Positions 27,471 to 43,575 of a stretch of DNA of 64,000 nucleotides are shown here, piece after piece (position 1 is the first letter of the stretch; each line of letters starts with the position of its first letter). The DNA is from Octopus sinensis (Eukaryota), in the NCBI RefSeq assembly GCF_006345805.1, contig NC_042998.1:13206001-13270000 (forward strand). Reading direction: 5' to 3'. The notes under the pieces were generated by a model. It ran no database searches and was not told the DNA's origin. It worked only from the letters and a program-made list of their open reading frames with translations. The position numbers and the translations under genes are program-made.

Positions 27471-28878
27471 TTAATTATATCTATATTTGGTGACAACAAT
27501 ATTTTGAATAAAAGTCTTTGTTGTTTGATAACGCAAGTTGTTTCACTATTTGCAGTTTCTTTAGGAGGCTATGTTGTGAATTATGTACTAACGATAATTA
27601 GGTACAAGGTTATTGAGAATATCCCACCTTATATTGATGTGGTTGTATCTCTGAAGGGGCAGTTTCAAGATGAAATGCCTTTAGTAAAAATTTCTCTGGA
27701 CCTATTCCTGTAAATGTTCATCATAGGTTATTTTTTTTTTTATATCTGAGCAGTGTCTGATTATAATATTGACTTACGAGGAGGTGTTACTGAATGTCAC
27801 TGCCTGCAAGTACTATGTGTCTCCCACTTAGTAGTTGGTGGTATTTTGCAAGCTAAAGCTCTATGTATAAGAGAGAATATCTGTTGGGGTGTGTTTCAAT
27901 TTTCGTTGTAGCGTGAAATTTTAAGAGTCAAACCATCTAAGCATGTGTAGCCAACTTAAGGTTTAGAGAAGTTAAAGAGTGTATGATAAAAATCAGTTCA
28001 TTGGGAATGTTTCTTAATTAGCCTGAAACAAACTTCGAGATACATTGATTCAAAGATCTTGATTGAATAGAAGATTAAACTAGATTACCTTTCTACATCA
28101 TTTAGCAATGTCGGTGTGGGGTGTATGATATTTCTTATACGATGATAATCAGTGAAATTAGTTTAGATTTTGCTTCCTTTTGATGTGGAGGGGCAGTACT
28201 GAATATCTTCGTCTGTCCATAGATTGGAATTCTTCTGCCAATACCAATGACTAGATTTCCAATTATAGCTAAGGTTGCCTGGATTTTTCTATGGATATAA
28301 GTAATTTCCTCATTTGGCGTTCGTTACGCGTAGTATTTCCCTGTCCCGTGGTCTTGATGATGTCCAGGTATTCAATATCTTTTTGAATCGGTAGTAACAA
28401 CTGTATCCAGTCGAATTCATAAAAGATAATAATAGTTTTTTTCCTGAAATTAACCGTCTTCGTTCCCAAGCCTTGAGACTGCAAGGCAAAATCCCTCCAG
28501 AGAACGGAAATATGGGGATCGAAGACATGCTTTTAGCGTATACAGTTTATATAAGTGGTGAAGCTTAGCAGATCCAGCTGCTCCGTAGGTCCACACGAGT
28601 ATCTCGAACTTTGGGCCACATTCCGTTTATAACTAAATATGAAACATCGTCCAAAAGCTGCATTACACTATGATTGAAAAAGAAGCGTCATTAGCTGACA
28701 TTAAATATAAGTGTTGTAGAAAGCTTCCGACATCTACAGATGTTCGGTACATGTCTAATTACGACGGGTGGTTTCAAGCTACATTAGTGCATGTATTTTG
28801 ATTAGACAAAGGACTGAACCAAATTATCTTTCCATTTCAACCGCTTTTCTTTTCGAATTGTTTTCCATATTAAATCAG

Positions 28879-28966
28879 TTATCACTATATTATGACGGGA
28901 CCCGTCATAATATAGTGATAAGTAATATAATCACAATATTATGACGGTTCTCGTCATAATATAGTG
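28879..28966. repeat. Two adjacent related palindromes
   Basis: Perfect 21-bp arms with a 1-nt spacer (28879-28921); 15-bp arms with 1 mismatch and a 5-nt loop (28932-28966). Confidence 0.95.
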
Positions 28967-31900
28967 TGGTCTTGTTGATAATCGCGCTCTCTACCGATGA
29001 ACTGCAGAGCCTTCTGCTGAGGTGTAATTAGGGTTATAATCTTAACTTTGGTGTAGTCTTTTTTTATGAAATCGGTTTGGTTGCTTCATACAGCAGTGAT
29101 TGTTTTTGCGTCATTTAAAACCTAATGTATAACCCAGTAAATCGACTTTAATGTCTAGAAAGGAAATACCATCATAGCTAGGCTTGTTCTGTACACTGAA
29201 AACAAAGCAAATTTATTACAATTCATTTACTTACGAAAGAGAGAAAAACTATGGGAAATAAAACTAATGAATGTACATCAAAATATGTTCTCAAACTATT
29301 GTGATCATAACCAAAACCTACAAAACAGTAAACTATGTAAATATATTTTAAAGAAACCTCGAAATTTGAACGATGACGTTGTGTACTGAAAGTTACTGTC
29401 TATACAAAATACTTCTTAATAATATATCATGGAGAAAGCGATATATAATTTGCAGGAAAGATACACTCACTGACTCGAAGGTAGATCATATGAAAATCAA
29501 ATTCATTTGAACGGCCTCCTGAAAATATTTAAAGCATATTTCTGGAAAGTGCTTAGAATAACTTTCGAAAATGTTCTTACATAGTTATTTTGATCGATAC
29601 AAGTATATAAGTAGAATTTTGTGAACAAGTTGTTGTTTTTAATGTATCTGAAAGAAGATAGTATACTCTAAAGACACAATGTCTTAGGGGCCTGAAGAAT
29701 TCTGTCTCATTACGCAACGTATTTTTGTAGAAATTAACATACACCAATGCACAGTTAAATATATGGTAACAAGTTTTGTTTTCTCAAGCCATTTTCTATC
29801 TCTGTATTCCCACCTGGCAATGCGTCATAATATGTTAAATACCAATTTTCTATAAATGTGTATTCTTCGATAGAATTGTTGCAACCTTTTCTCAAAGGCT
29901 ATTCTCAAGTATTTTCTTCTCAGACAAGTAATTTACAAAATAAAAGAGAGTTGCTAAGTTTTACAGAACATTGAAAACATGCTCTACTTCTAACTTATTG
30001 TAGCTGATTAAGTGCTACCCATGAGAGGATATTTTAGAGAAATATTGATTTAATTAACATCGGAAAAAGCCTCTAGATAGAATAGAGAAGTTGCTGTACC
30101 TGATCATTCGTACTGCTTGTGTATAAAGAGTTATGGCATGAGTTTCAATAAGAAACAGCACTTGAATGCGTTTATTGTGAATATAGTTCGTTGCTCACAA
30201 CCATACAAATCACCAGAAAAAAATATTAGGTACGCATTTATAATTACTATACATGAATTAAAATGAAAACGTTCACAAACATCCAATTCCTTATCATTTA
30301 GTTGAGAGATTTCTCGATTTGTAATAGAATTAATACGCGCATATACATACATACAAAGTATAAACAAATGCCCGTACACCTGTAGTTAAGTATTTTTGAC
30401 CTATAGAAATGTCTAGATAAATGAAAAGCATGATGGCAACTCAGAGCAGACGTTCTATTGGTTATGTGGCCCATTTATCTGTTACAGAAATTCATACTAA
30501 TTGTTATTAACCGTTTATTGAAAATGATATGTTGATTGAGTAAGGAATCTAGAAATGTTATTTTTTGTTTCTTTTTGTAACAAACGAGTCCACGTGAAAT
30601 GGTAAGGAAAAGTGAGCTCTTGTTCACCGTCAGATATATAACATTTGTGTCAAAACAACAGAATAAAATATTACGTGGTATGGACTTTAAATTTAGTAGG
30701 ATATAAAAGATAATTTTAAGCCTATATTGATTTGGCCAATAATGGTAATATTGTATATCCTGGATAATATACTGCCTAGTCTTGTACAGATTTTATCGAC
30801 CATAGGTGGACGTAAAACATTCTTAACATGAACATAAGTGCCATACAAAACTGAAAGTAAAGCGATATATAGAGTTAGTGATGAGAAGTAAACAATATCG
30901 ACATGAAAACTTCTGGTGAAAGATGCTAGGGGACCAATCCGTATTTAAACTAATTAAAATGAATTGAAGGTATGAGTCAGTGGAATGAGAAACTGCAAGT
31001 CGGCAGTACAGAGACGACTCCGGCTATGATTCGATCCCATTAGCATAGCCTTTACAGTAGACCTTAGTGTTACTGGTGAGATATTTATCTTATTTATTAA
31101 TGAACAACGAAAGACACTGTAGCATACAATATGGTATGGGTTAAGATAACGCAGGGCTGCTTGCTACCTTAACAATTAATAATGAAATAACACGAACGGA
31201 TGTCGCCCGTAATGCTTACGATTAGACTTGCTCCCCATTGCATTTTAAATTTAATCACTTTTAATTAATTTAAATGCTGGGCTGTAGGACTTGCCGTTTT
31301 TTTCAGCAGAGCTAATCAATTCAATGAAAAGATTTCATAGCATTACAAAAGTTATTTTAATTAATTGATATTTCTTGGCTCGCTGCACTAATATTTTAGT
31401 CCGCTCTTTATTATTAATAACAATGAAAGTTTTTATGATTGAGTATTTTAAAATTTATATGTTAATGAATAGACATCGAATAATCTGATCACCATGCTTT
31501 CAAGAAAATGCTGTTGCCGTCCATATAGACGTATATGAAGATATGTTAGAATGATACTACTCACAGAACTACATACGACTGACATTAAATCGTTTTCAAG
31601 GATGATTATGTTATTTCTTGCTCTAAAATGAATTGTGTGTTTAAGTAATATGATTTATTGCATAAATGTGAATCCATGCAATCGAACCATGTTATCACTT
31701 CATCGCTGTGTGATACATATCACTATTATATGCTTCTCATTACACCTTGATACGGCAAGAATCTCCTCTACGAATTTAATCATCCAACTAGCTATATCAG
31801 TCAAATCTCACAGTAACTATTTCCAGACGAATTGAAAAAGGGAATATATTGGGTGTTGTTGTCAGTGTGCTGGTTCTTTATAAAACAAATGCTTGTGAAT

Positions 31901-32559
31901 ATCGTCTTTCAGTGAACTCCACTATAGAACTGTTCTTTTAAATCCCTCTCGTATTCTAAAAAGAATAAGGCAGTGGAACGTGATACTACACTGTCACACG
32001 AATTTCTAGATATATGATTGAAATATCGCTCATTAAAATATTAATGCTTTAAAAGACATCAGTAAAAAGAAGCTTTTGATAAATTAGACTTTTACAAAAC
32101 AATGTAGTGGAAATGAAAGCTAAAACGTTCCCTTCATCGTTCGTGATGGATATGCAGCAGTATTACGAATGTGGTATATTAAACTGCTTGTGAAAAATTA
32201 TCTTTCAAATCACACGTGAAATATATCAGAGGGTAACATTGATTAGAGATTTGATGTCGGCGACATTCATGAATACTCATGGATTGTGATACAATTGTCA
32301 AATCTGGAGATCGTGTTTTTATAAACAAATCAGTGATAACAATTAAAACACAGTGCATATATAGGTTAACAAACAATTCTCATACAAAATTCAAGTGTTA
32401 GAAATATAGACAATACTGCACAGAAACGTATATATAATATATACATACATGCAAACATCTCTCTCTCTCAATATATATATGTATATACATATAAATACAA
32501 ATATAATTTTATTTCTATTTCTCATATGTATATACATCTATCGGGAAGAATTCACAAAA

Positions 32560-32716
32560 AAAAAAGACAGGTGGTGTAGACAACAAACAGATGTATTAGT
32601 ATAACGCTCGGGAAGTGAAAAAGTCATTAATGTTTCGAGCCTACGCTCTTCCACAGAAAGGAACACAGAAAGAAACGAGGAGAGAAAATAAACAATGTGT
32701 AGTGGCTAGCGATATA

Positions 32717-32720
<4 letters not shown>
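32560..32720 (-). mobile_element. PLE pLTR family B with HHR-like motif at 32625-32660
   Basis: cttt-CTGTGGA-a-GAGC(gtag)GCTC-GAAAC-ATT-aatg. Confidence 0.55.
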
Positions 32721-32753
<33 letters not shown>

Positions 32754-33186
32754 TATACGTGAGTTTGTCGTATTCCCAGTATGTCTTACATACAATCTTT
32801 AAAATGTGACTTTTTGTAACTAATATTAAGAAGTATTACGTTTTTTGTTCAAATCCTTTAAATACCTTTTGTAAGAGTTCTATATTTAAGAGATAAGGAT
32901 TTATGTACATTATTTACATTATTTACATTTGACGATATTTGTCAAATGTAAATATCCTTCAAATGTAAATAATGTGCCTTTTGTAATGTATACGAACTTT
33001 GAGCGTACACATTCAACTGAACAATAACACAGATACATATTCATTATATGAGTATATAACAAATGTATTTAGATGAATGTTTGATAAAATAGCATGAGTG
33101 ATTAAATGTAACCTTTGACTGATCTCCTTGTTATAAACTATCACACGACATGCTAGCAACTAATTCAATTATTGCTCGAGCATGCA

Positions 33187-33220
<34 letters not shown>

Positions 33221-33725
33221 TATATATATATACACGCACGTATATATGTATATGCGCAAAAAGGCGGGCAAATATGCAAAAATATGATACACATTGGTAA
33301 ATTTAATATTTATCTCATATCTTTCTAGAGAAATATATTTTGTCCTGTTTGTACCCCGTTAATCTAATGCTGGATACTGAACTGACATGCGGAGGAGAGT
33401 GGTAAACGCAGGCATAAACGCATTGATTCTCCATCCCTATCCCGATGCTTTTTGCATTTGTGTACACTAAAAGAAGGTAATTGTTGTCACTCTATCGCCA
33501 GATAAGAATAGGTTTTTGAAAATTCTGCGGTCTTAATGCGCTTCCAACATATGTTCGATAGCGACATTCGCATCTGTCTACACGTGATTTCTTAAAATAT
33601 GTTATCTTCTATTTACCCTGAGTTTCCAGTGCGTCGTATGCTCCCCATTAGTCTGATGCTACAATGTGTCTATCAAAGGACACCGAATATGAATGTTATC
33701 ATTGTAAGCAATGTATTCGACATTA

Positions 33726-34097
33726 TTTTGCTGCCTATTTTGTGACAGAGTTCAAGCATTTGAGCCTAACCAATCTATAGAATAATATTGTGCGTGACTC
33801 GAGGCATGCTAGACTTGAGTATTTTGCTCATTGCATTTCAATCGCTTCTATACATGAGATGTGGTCACATACAATAATGGAACCGTTGCTGCAGGGATAA
33901 AGAGCCTCAATGTTTTTTTTTGCTGCTTATTGTGTGAGAGGGTTCAAGCATTTGGGCCTAACCAATCTGTAGAATAATATTGTGCGTGACTCGAGGCATG
34001 CTAGACTTGAGGATTTTGCTCATTGCATTTCAATCGCTTCAGTACATGAGATGTGGTCGCATATAATAATGGAACTGTTGCTGCAGGGATAAAGAGC
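33726..34097 (+). repeat. Diverged tandem duplication with ~192-bp period
   Basis: 33726-33905 and 33918-34097 align with scattered substitutions. Confidence 0.92.
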
Positions 34098-34659
34098 TAA
34101 TATGGTTGCTAGACGTATGGCAGTAAGTGCACTGCACTGCATTTGAAATTATGAAGCCCAAAACAATATGAGGCAGTGGTAACAAGAAAGACGAAAGAAA
34201 CAGAAATTCTCATAAGAAAACAATATCATTATTCATTTGACATATCTGTCGTATACTTCATTCCGTGTTTTGTCTCTGTCGATTTTATGAAATATTTGCT
34301 GTTAGGTCTCATTTGCATGTTTTAAGCTCCAGCACATAAAACTGTATCATTAACTACTGTTGATTTCCTATATGTCATCTGTTATTATTAACTGCCGACT
34401 AGATGGTATACAGAGACTCTATTGTTCATAGAGTTCCCTATGTATATCATAAAATGCTCAGTTTACATCTAATTACATTGAAGTGTGGAGACCGCTTTCA
34501 TTTTGTGAAATCCATGTCTACAAGCAGCACATGATGTGCAAACTTGTTCATTATCTCTTATTATAACTTATTCATTATTCTATGTGTTTTTTACACCCTT
34601 ACATGTTCTTCGGGATCCAGTTATTCACTGACAAGATTGCGATGAAGATAAGCGACCAT

Positions 34660-35990
<1,331 letters not shown>

Positions 35991-36712
35991 CCCCGTTTTG
36001 TTTTTGTCTTAACGTAAGATCAGCTTAATGTTACCTACAACTTTTTTCTTACTTCAGTATTTTATCAGAAAATGTAACTGAATGGAATAATGGTAAATAC
36101 GGCAACAATAAATGGCGCAAGTATCGTATAAATTTAAAAAAAAACAACAAAAAAAAAACAGAATTACAATTCTATATAAATAATATGAAAACTATAAGAA
36201 GGCAAATAATAACCAAGCAGGCTGATGTTCTTGAATAAGAAAATAAACTGTATCATACAATGGATTACTTAAATGAAATTTAACTAAAATAAAGAAATAT
36301 TAACCTTAATACTGTAAAAGAGCATGAAATGAAAATAAAATGTGCATGAGATTCAGAATTTTAATGGAAAGCACTAAAACGTATGAGTTTTTAAAGTATC
36401 ATACAATATTCTTCTTCCTTCGCACATTCCATTTCATTCCTTTCTCTTCTCGTCATCTGCAATTTTATTATAACGACTTCTAATATGTGCTTGATAGTGT
36501 CTTAGCAACGAAGTTTTATCGTGGCGTCATTTGCAATAGAGCAATGACGTAAGCTGCTGTCTGCGTTTACTCTGATAGAAAGACAAAGATGACTTTTCGT
36601 GTGAATAAGTTTTGTGGTAGCTATATAAAAAAAACACAGGGTTAAACGATATATAAATATTAGATATCTCTATATATCTATACCTACCTACCTACCTTCC
36701 TGCCTATCTATA

Positions 36713-36789
<77 letters not shown>

Positions 36790-36802
36790 CTCTATCTATC
36801 TC

Positions 36803-36835
<33 letters not shown>

Positions 36836-36948
36836 AATCTATCTATCTATCTGTCTGTCTGTCGTCTCTCTCTCTTTCTCTCTTTCTCCCTTTCTCTCTG
36901 TGTCTCTCTGTGTCTCTGTCTGTCTGTCTCTCTCTCTCTCTCTTATAT

Positions 36949-37022
<74 letters not shown>

Positions 37023-37869
37023 CATACATATAATATATAAAACTAAGATTCAGTTGCATTAGATATTTGAATTGGGTCTCCTTACCAGTTCAATATAGCC
37101 TGCACTGCTGCTATTTAAGTGAATACAATGTAAATAAGTAATAAGGATGTACAGGTGTCAATACATTTCGGCCGTTTCAAGCGGCTCCATTCAATTGATC
37201 AATGAACACAGTACATCAATTTGAATGAAACCGCTCTCTTCAATGCAGATGACCTTATAGATTTCAAATACAAATGATAAATCATATTTTTAACAAATTT
37301 CCATCAATAATGGAAACGAAAATAATTACATTGTTTCCTTATGTTATATCTGTGGCAGAATGAGTTTAGAAAATAATACATATCTTATTAAGCCTTCTAT
37401 AATTTAGAGAGTAGCAGAGGAAACGTAGTGGGTGTCAAGATAAAGGTGTGGTGACGTAGTTATTTATATTTAGAAGATTTTATACAGCGTGTAGTCTTCA
37501 ACCATTTACAATTAAATCCATTGGGAGTTGTCAACCGTATTCTAGTTGATAATGATAAATCAATTAATGTCGGACAATCTCCCAGATCCTCATTGTACTG
37601 GAACCATATATCATGCTTTATCTACATAAGAAATGGTATGCCGCAGAATGGCTAGTAAGAGAATGACTGAAGGGGAAGTGGTGGTAGCGTGAAGAAGGAA
37701 GGATAGGTGTGGCCAATAATTATTTAGATTATCAAATAAAGAGGAATATAATGAAAAACAAGAGAAATAAGTAATATAAGCTTTAAGAGTGGAAATTGGA
37801 ATTGAGGGATACAGGAGGTAGTAATTCATATATTAGCAACGTATTGTATTATATTAAGAAAATTTAAAT

Positions 37870-38010
37870 CAAGGGGCGACATCTAGGAGCATTGCGGAAC
37901 GACTAAATGACCATCAGAGACAATATGACGACAAAGAACAGTCCTCCCTACTCTATCAACATGCTAAAAAGAAGATAGAAATAAAGATATTAAAGCATTT
38001 CTACGAGCAC
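37870..38010 (+). pseudogene. Possible PLE GIY-YIG remnant
   Basis: GATSRSIAERLNDHQRQYDDKEQSSLLYQHA resembles the G.T.R.L..R..EH...S....H pattern. Confidence 0.45.
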
Positions 38011-40114
38011 TATTAAGGTGGTCATAGTAAAACCGTTCTACAATAAATATATAACTGAAATAAATTATCATCTGAGAAGGAGTACGCAGTATATATTAAA
38101 GCAATAACATGGATTATTTTCTTCATTACAGGAGGATAAGTATAAGATATTGACAATATAGAATCGAATAGAAGGGGTAATTGAATTAGAGGCATACTAA
38201 ATGTATAAGGGATTACATGCGGAAGCAATAGCTAAACCGATTTGGGTATGTAAACATTTAGTGAGTATGGCATACTTAAAAAAGATAAGGATATCCATAT
38301 CCAGTAACAGAAATCTATATGGTTATCTGCACTGTAGAGAGCGGTTTCTTGCAAAATGACGTAATATTTTCATTGATCAATGAAATAGAGTCGTTTGAAA
38401 CAATTAATCTCTACTCAACATCCCGTGTAGAGCATTAACTCTACTAGTAGACCTGACCAGGTTGATGTACAAAGATTGAACACAAAACGTCGAGGTATGA
38501 AGCGAACTACACTATCTACAACGCTTGATACAGTTGAAGACAGCCAATTTCTGAATAACCTTGTCAAGAACTCTCCACTTGATTAATTCAAAAGTTTCAA
38601 TTTACCAATGGAATAAGCTAATGAGGATCATCAGTGTGGTTGTTTAACCTACTAGAGGTAGCAAGCATTTCTCTTTTGAATCAAGTTGAATTGTTTCATA
38701 AAGCTTGGCAAAAGTCGTAAACAAATCAACCTGTGCGTAATGCGCTCAGAGTGAGAGACACATCTACCACACACATTTTGATTCCGTGCATTGTTGATCT
38801 GTGTATTTATAAGCAGCAGTCTTCCATCCTGAGGGTAAACGTTTGACGACTTCTGTTTCATATATAAGACGGAATATGTTAAGGCAGGAAATCTAATCCT
38901 CAAATTTAATGTTGTTTAGTCGATAAATGTAAATATACTGTTGTAAGCTGATGGCAAACTAGATTTACGATCTTTTCTGTTTGACTGCACCGTTTCAAAT
39001 TTGAAAAACAATTGAAACTTGACAACTTTGGTATATTGATGTAATTTTGCACACTGCTATTAAGGCCTTATTCACTTGTTCCAAGAAAGTTAGTTAAAAA
39101 GTTGCTGGGGTTTAAAATTTGATACTTACCCGCCAGAAAACAGGACTTGAAAGCTATCATTCCGTGTGTGTCTGCACGTGTTTTCAACATCTCATCGATT
39201 GCAAGTGTTATAAAATCAAACTGTAAACAAATGAAATATTACGCGCACCATGCAAGCCCTCAAAATTTTTCATTTTATGGAATTTTCATAAAACTTTTGC
39301 GATTTTATATTCTACACACGGATATTCATATGATTATGCAGAATCAAAAAAAAAAAAAGAAAAAAGAATTTTGATGCGTGATTAAGGGTCTGCTTAACTG
39401 TTTAGCACATTTTACAATCACCTCACACATCATGTGTTTTAAGCAGTTAAGCAGCTTCGCCTGTAACTATGGAAAGAGGTAACTGTATGTCTGTGGCTTT
39501 CGATTTCCTAAAATTACCCAAGATTTGCAAATGTTAAAACAAATAAATCTTCATTTATTGATTTATAGCGAAAATGAATTTCACGTCAATAATTGCTATA
39601 CACAACTACACCAATACACCAAATGTGTAATCAACTGGAACAAAATTGAAGAAACTGAAATGTGCTATCCAAAGATACAACGTCCTACTTTCAAAATCTT
39701 GTAATAACTGAGTATTTAACCGTTGGTCAGACTTGAATTCGTTTCTCCATTTGTGTGTTGGCCAATAATTTCTTCTTCTTTAACATGACAGAAAGATATA
39801 GGAGGGGCAGCGGAGGCGTTCTTGGCTTTAAGGTATCACTAAAGGCGTGGTTGGAGCCCCATCGTAACGTGTTCTTTTACAGGGCTTACAAAAACTGAAG
39901 AACCGCTGCAATAAGTGTGTCAATCTCTGAGGAGTATAAGTTGAATAAAATCATAATTAAATGATCCTCCTGTATTTTCTTTAACTCAAATTCAGGAACT
40001 TTTCAGTACCCTTTCGTAAAGTTAGTAATAGATTTTTTATTGTTATTGTTGAGCACGTCCGTGTAGATATCTCACATGTTCTTTTCTTTTCAAACATAAA
40101 TAGATGTTGCTTCT

Positions 40115-40556
40115 GCTACTGCTAAAATCACAACAACTACCGCCATCACCATCACCACCACCACCACGACAACAAATTCCATTGCCACCACCATCAATAC
40201 TACTACTACTACTACTACAAACGCTACTACAACAACTGCCGCTGCGGCTACTACTACTACTACTACCACTGCTGCTGCGGCTACTACTACTACTACTACT
40301 ACTACTACCACTGCTGCTGCGGCTACTACCACTACTACTACTACTACTACTACTTCTACTACTACTTCTACTAATACTACTACTACTACTACAACCACTA
40401 CTACTACCACTGCTGCATCTGCTACTACTACTACTACTTCTACCACCACCACCACAACCACTACTACAACTAATACTACTATTACTACTACTACTACTAC
40501 CATCACTACTACTACTACCACTGCTACTGCTGCTACTGCTGCTACTGCTGCTACTG

Positions 40557-40611
<55 letters not shown>

Positions 40612-40612
40612 A
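40115..40612. repeat. Compound trinucleotide array (CTA/CCA/CTG)n
   Basis: Directly visible. Confidence 0.95.
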
Positions 40613-41239
40613 TTCAGTATAATAGATTTACGTATACAATAAATTTCTGTACGCCTCCAACTGAAACTTGCGGTAACTTTCCTAGATCATTTATCATTTG
40701 TCTACAGTACTTGATGCACTGCATAATAGACACGGGTAAAGTCTTATATCTCAGAGAAACATGATTTTATTCCAGTGTCTCACGTACAAAGACTTTCTAA
40801 TCACATTTCACTTTGCTCACAGGCTTAAGTCTATTAGCAAAATAACTTTCAAATAAGCATTTATCTTAAAAGATCCGATATATTTTAGTGAAGAACTTAG
40901 CCGCTTTTATTGCATTTCGAAAGATATCTTTTCAGTAAGCATATACTATTATGAAGAAATAATACTTATTTGAAAAGTGCTGTTGTTTTAGAAGTTTAAG
41001 GAGATCTCATACGTTTTTCTTGGACAGAAAGCTTCAAATCACAATAGAGGCGTAACGAATAATAAGCGACGTGGGAAAGGTGATTTATTGTAAGACGTGT
41101 CATTTACTGAGTCAAAATGTATTACATATTGCATGCAAGTATATGTATTTAAATCTATACATGTATATAATCAATACAACTATGACATGCATACATACAT
41201 ACATAATACATACATACATGTATATATATATATATATTG

Positions 41240-41575
41240 TTGTGACCCCCTTCGAACAGACACTGACCATGGGTTTGTGCCTAGAGAGTTACCCTCTGAG
41301 GCACAAGTCTGGGCAAGGTTGTTTATGGAAGACCAATAGTCGCCCTTGCATACCGGCCTCCCCTCTCCACGTCACCGATGTTGTCCAAGGGAAAGGCAAA
41401 GGCCGATACAGCTTGGCACCTGTGACGTCGCAACTCATTTCTACAGCTGAGTGAACTGGAGCAACGTGAAAAAAAGTGTCTTACTCAAGAACACAACACG
41501 CAGCCCGGTTCGGGATTCGAGCTTACAACCTCACGATCGTAAGCTCGACGCTCTAACCACTGAGCCACGCGCCTT

Positions 41576-41578
<3 letters not shown>
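41240..41578 (-). mobile_element. Full-length tRNA-SINE, further family with CORE-like segment
   Basis: Minus-strand head gaaggcgcgtggctcagtggttagagc...tcgaatccc followed by gtgttcttgagtaagacactt. Confidence 0.8.
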
Positions 41579-41614
<36 letters not shown>

Positions 41615-41625
41615 TATATATATAT

Positions 41626-41710
<85 letters not shown>

Positions 41711-41735
41711 TATATAATATATATATATATATATA

Positions 41736-41782
<47 letters not shown>

Positions 41783-41823
41783 ATATATATTATAATATAT
41801 ATAATATATATATTATATATAAA

Positions 41824-41863
<40 letters not shown>

Positions 41864-42038
41864 TATATAATAGTATATATATGTAAATATATATTATATA
41901 TATAATATATATATATAAAGGCGGTGCTCCAGCATGGGCGCAGTCAAATGACTGAAACAAGTAAAAAAAAAAAAAATTATATATATATATATATATATGT
42001 GTGTATATATATATATAATATATATATAATATATAATA

Positions 42039-42123
<85 letters not shown>

Positions 42124-42161
42124 GTATATATATATTATATATATATACATATATATTATAC

Positions 42162-42197
<36 letters not shown>

Positions 42198-42263
42198 TAT
42201 ATGTAATATAGTATATATATATATATATGTATTATATATATATATATATATATAGATATATAT

Positions 42264-42332
<69 letters not shown>

Positions 42333-42342
<10 letters not shown>

Positions 42343-42734
42343 CTTGTTTCAGTCATTTGACTGCGCCCATGCTGGAGCACCGCCTTTAGTCGAGCAAATC
42401 GACCACGGCACTTATTCTTTGTAAGCCCAGTACTTATTCTATCGGTCTCTTTTGCCGAACCGCTAAGTGACGGGGACGTAAGGATACCAGCATCGGTTGT
42501 CAAGCAATGCTAGGGGGACAAACACAGACACACACAGACACACATATATATATATATCTATACATATACACGACAGGCTTCTTTCAGTTTCCGTCTACCA
42601 TATCCACTCACACGGCATTGATCGGCCCGGGGCTATAGCAGCAGACACTTGCCCAAGATGCCACGCAGTGGGACTGAACACGGAACAGTATGGTTGGTTA
42701 GCAAGCTACTTACCACACAGCCACTCCGGCGCCT
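42333..42734 (-). mobile_element. Full-length tRNA-SINE family 1
   Basis: Reverse complement of 56101-56525, with internal microsatellite and A-rich tail. Confidence 0.9.
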
Positions 42735-42754
42735 ATATATACATATACATATAC

Positions 42755-42795
<41 letters not shown>

Positions 42796-42868
42796 AATAT
42801 ATATATATATATATTATATATATATATATATATATTATATGTATGTATGAATATATATATATATATAA

Positions 42869-42900
<32 letters not shown>

Positions 42901-42914
42901 CATATACATACATA

Positions 42915-42964
<50 letters not shown>

Positions 42965-42968
<4 letters not shown>

Positions 42969-43495
42969 TAATAATAAAATATTAGGAATAAATCCAAAGT
43001 TACAGGGGAAAATCAGATTTAGGATTGAATCTAATTTTATAGTAAAATATTATATTATATTAAATTAGAGATAAAACCACCATTAGGCAAATCATACAAT
43101 GAAAAACCTAACCCAATACATACGATTAATTAATTTATATTATTTAAAATATATATCAAAATTATTAAAAAAATGATAATGAGTATAATACTACGATCGT
43201 TTCATGGGTGTCCAATTCGTAATAATTCGAGTTACAGTCAATCTTCAGGTGATTGAAATATTTATCTTAGCGAGGTTTAACAATAATATATGTATGTGTG
43301 TGTTCCTCCGTCTTTCCTTCTCTGGATCTTTCCTTTTCCTATGTCTCTGACAAAGAGCTCCGCTCGAAACGTTAAACCCTCCTCCTTCTCTTCCTTCCTG
43401 AGCGTTCAATAATACTATATTTGTTCACGTCCTCGCGTTGTTGTGTTTACTCTTTGTGTTTTCATATTTGGATTAACTATATATACATATATATG

Positions 43496-43575
<80 letters not shown>

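Noticed and set aside
27470-28520. Possible very old PLE RT on the minus strand (EYLDII...)
   Set aside because: Only one loose motif; cannot be distinguished from chance by eye.
40090-40622. Poly-Val and poly-Leu ORFs
   Set aside because: Trinucleotide microsatellite with no splice or domain evidence.
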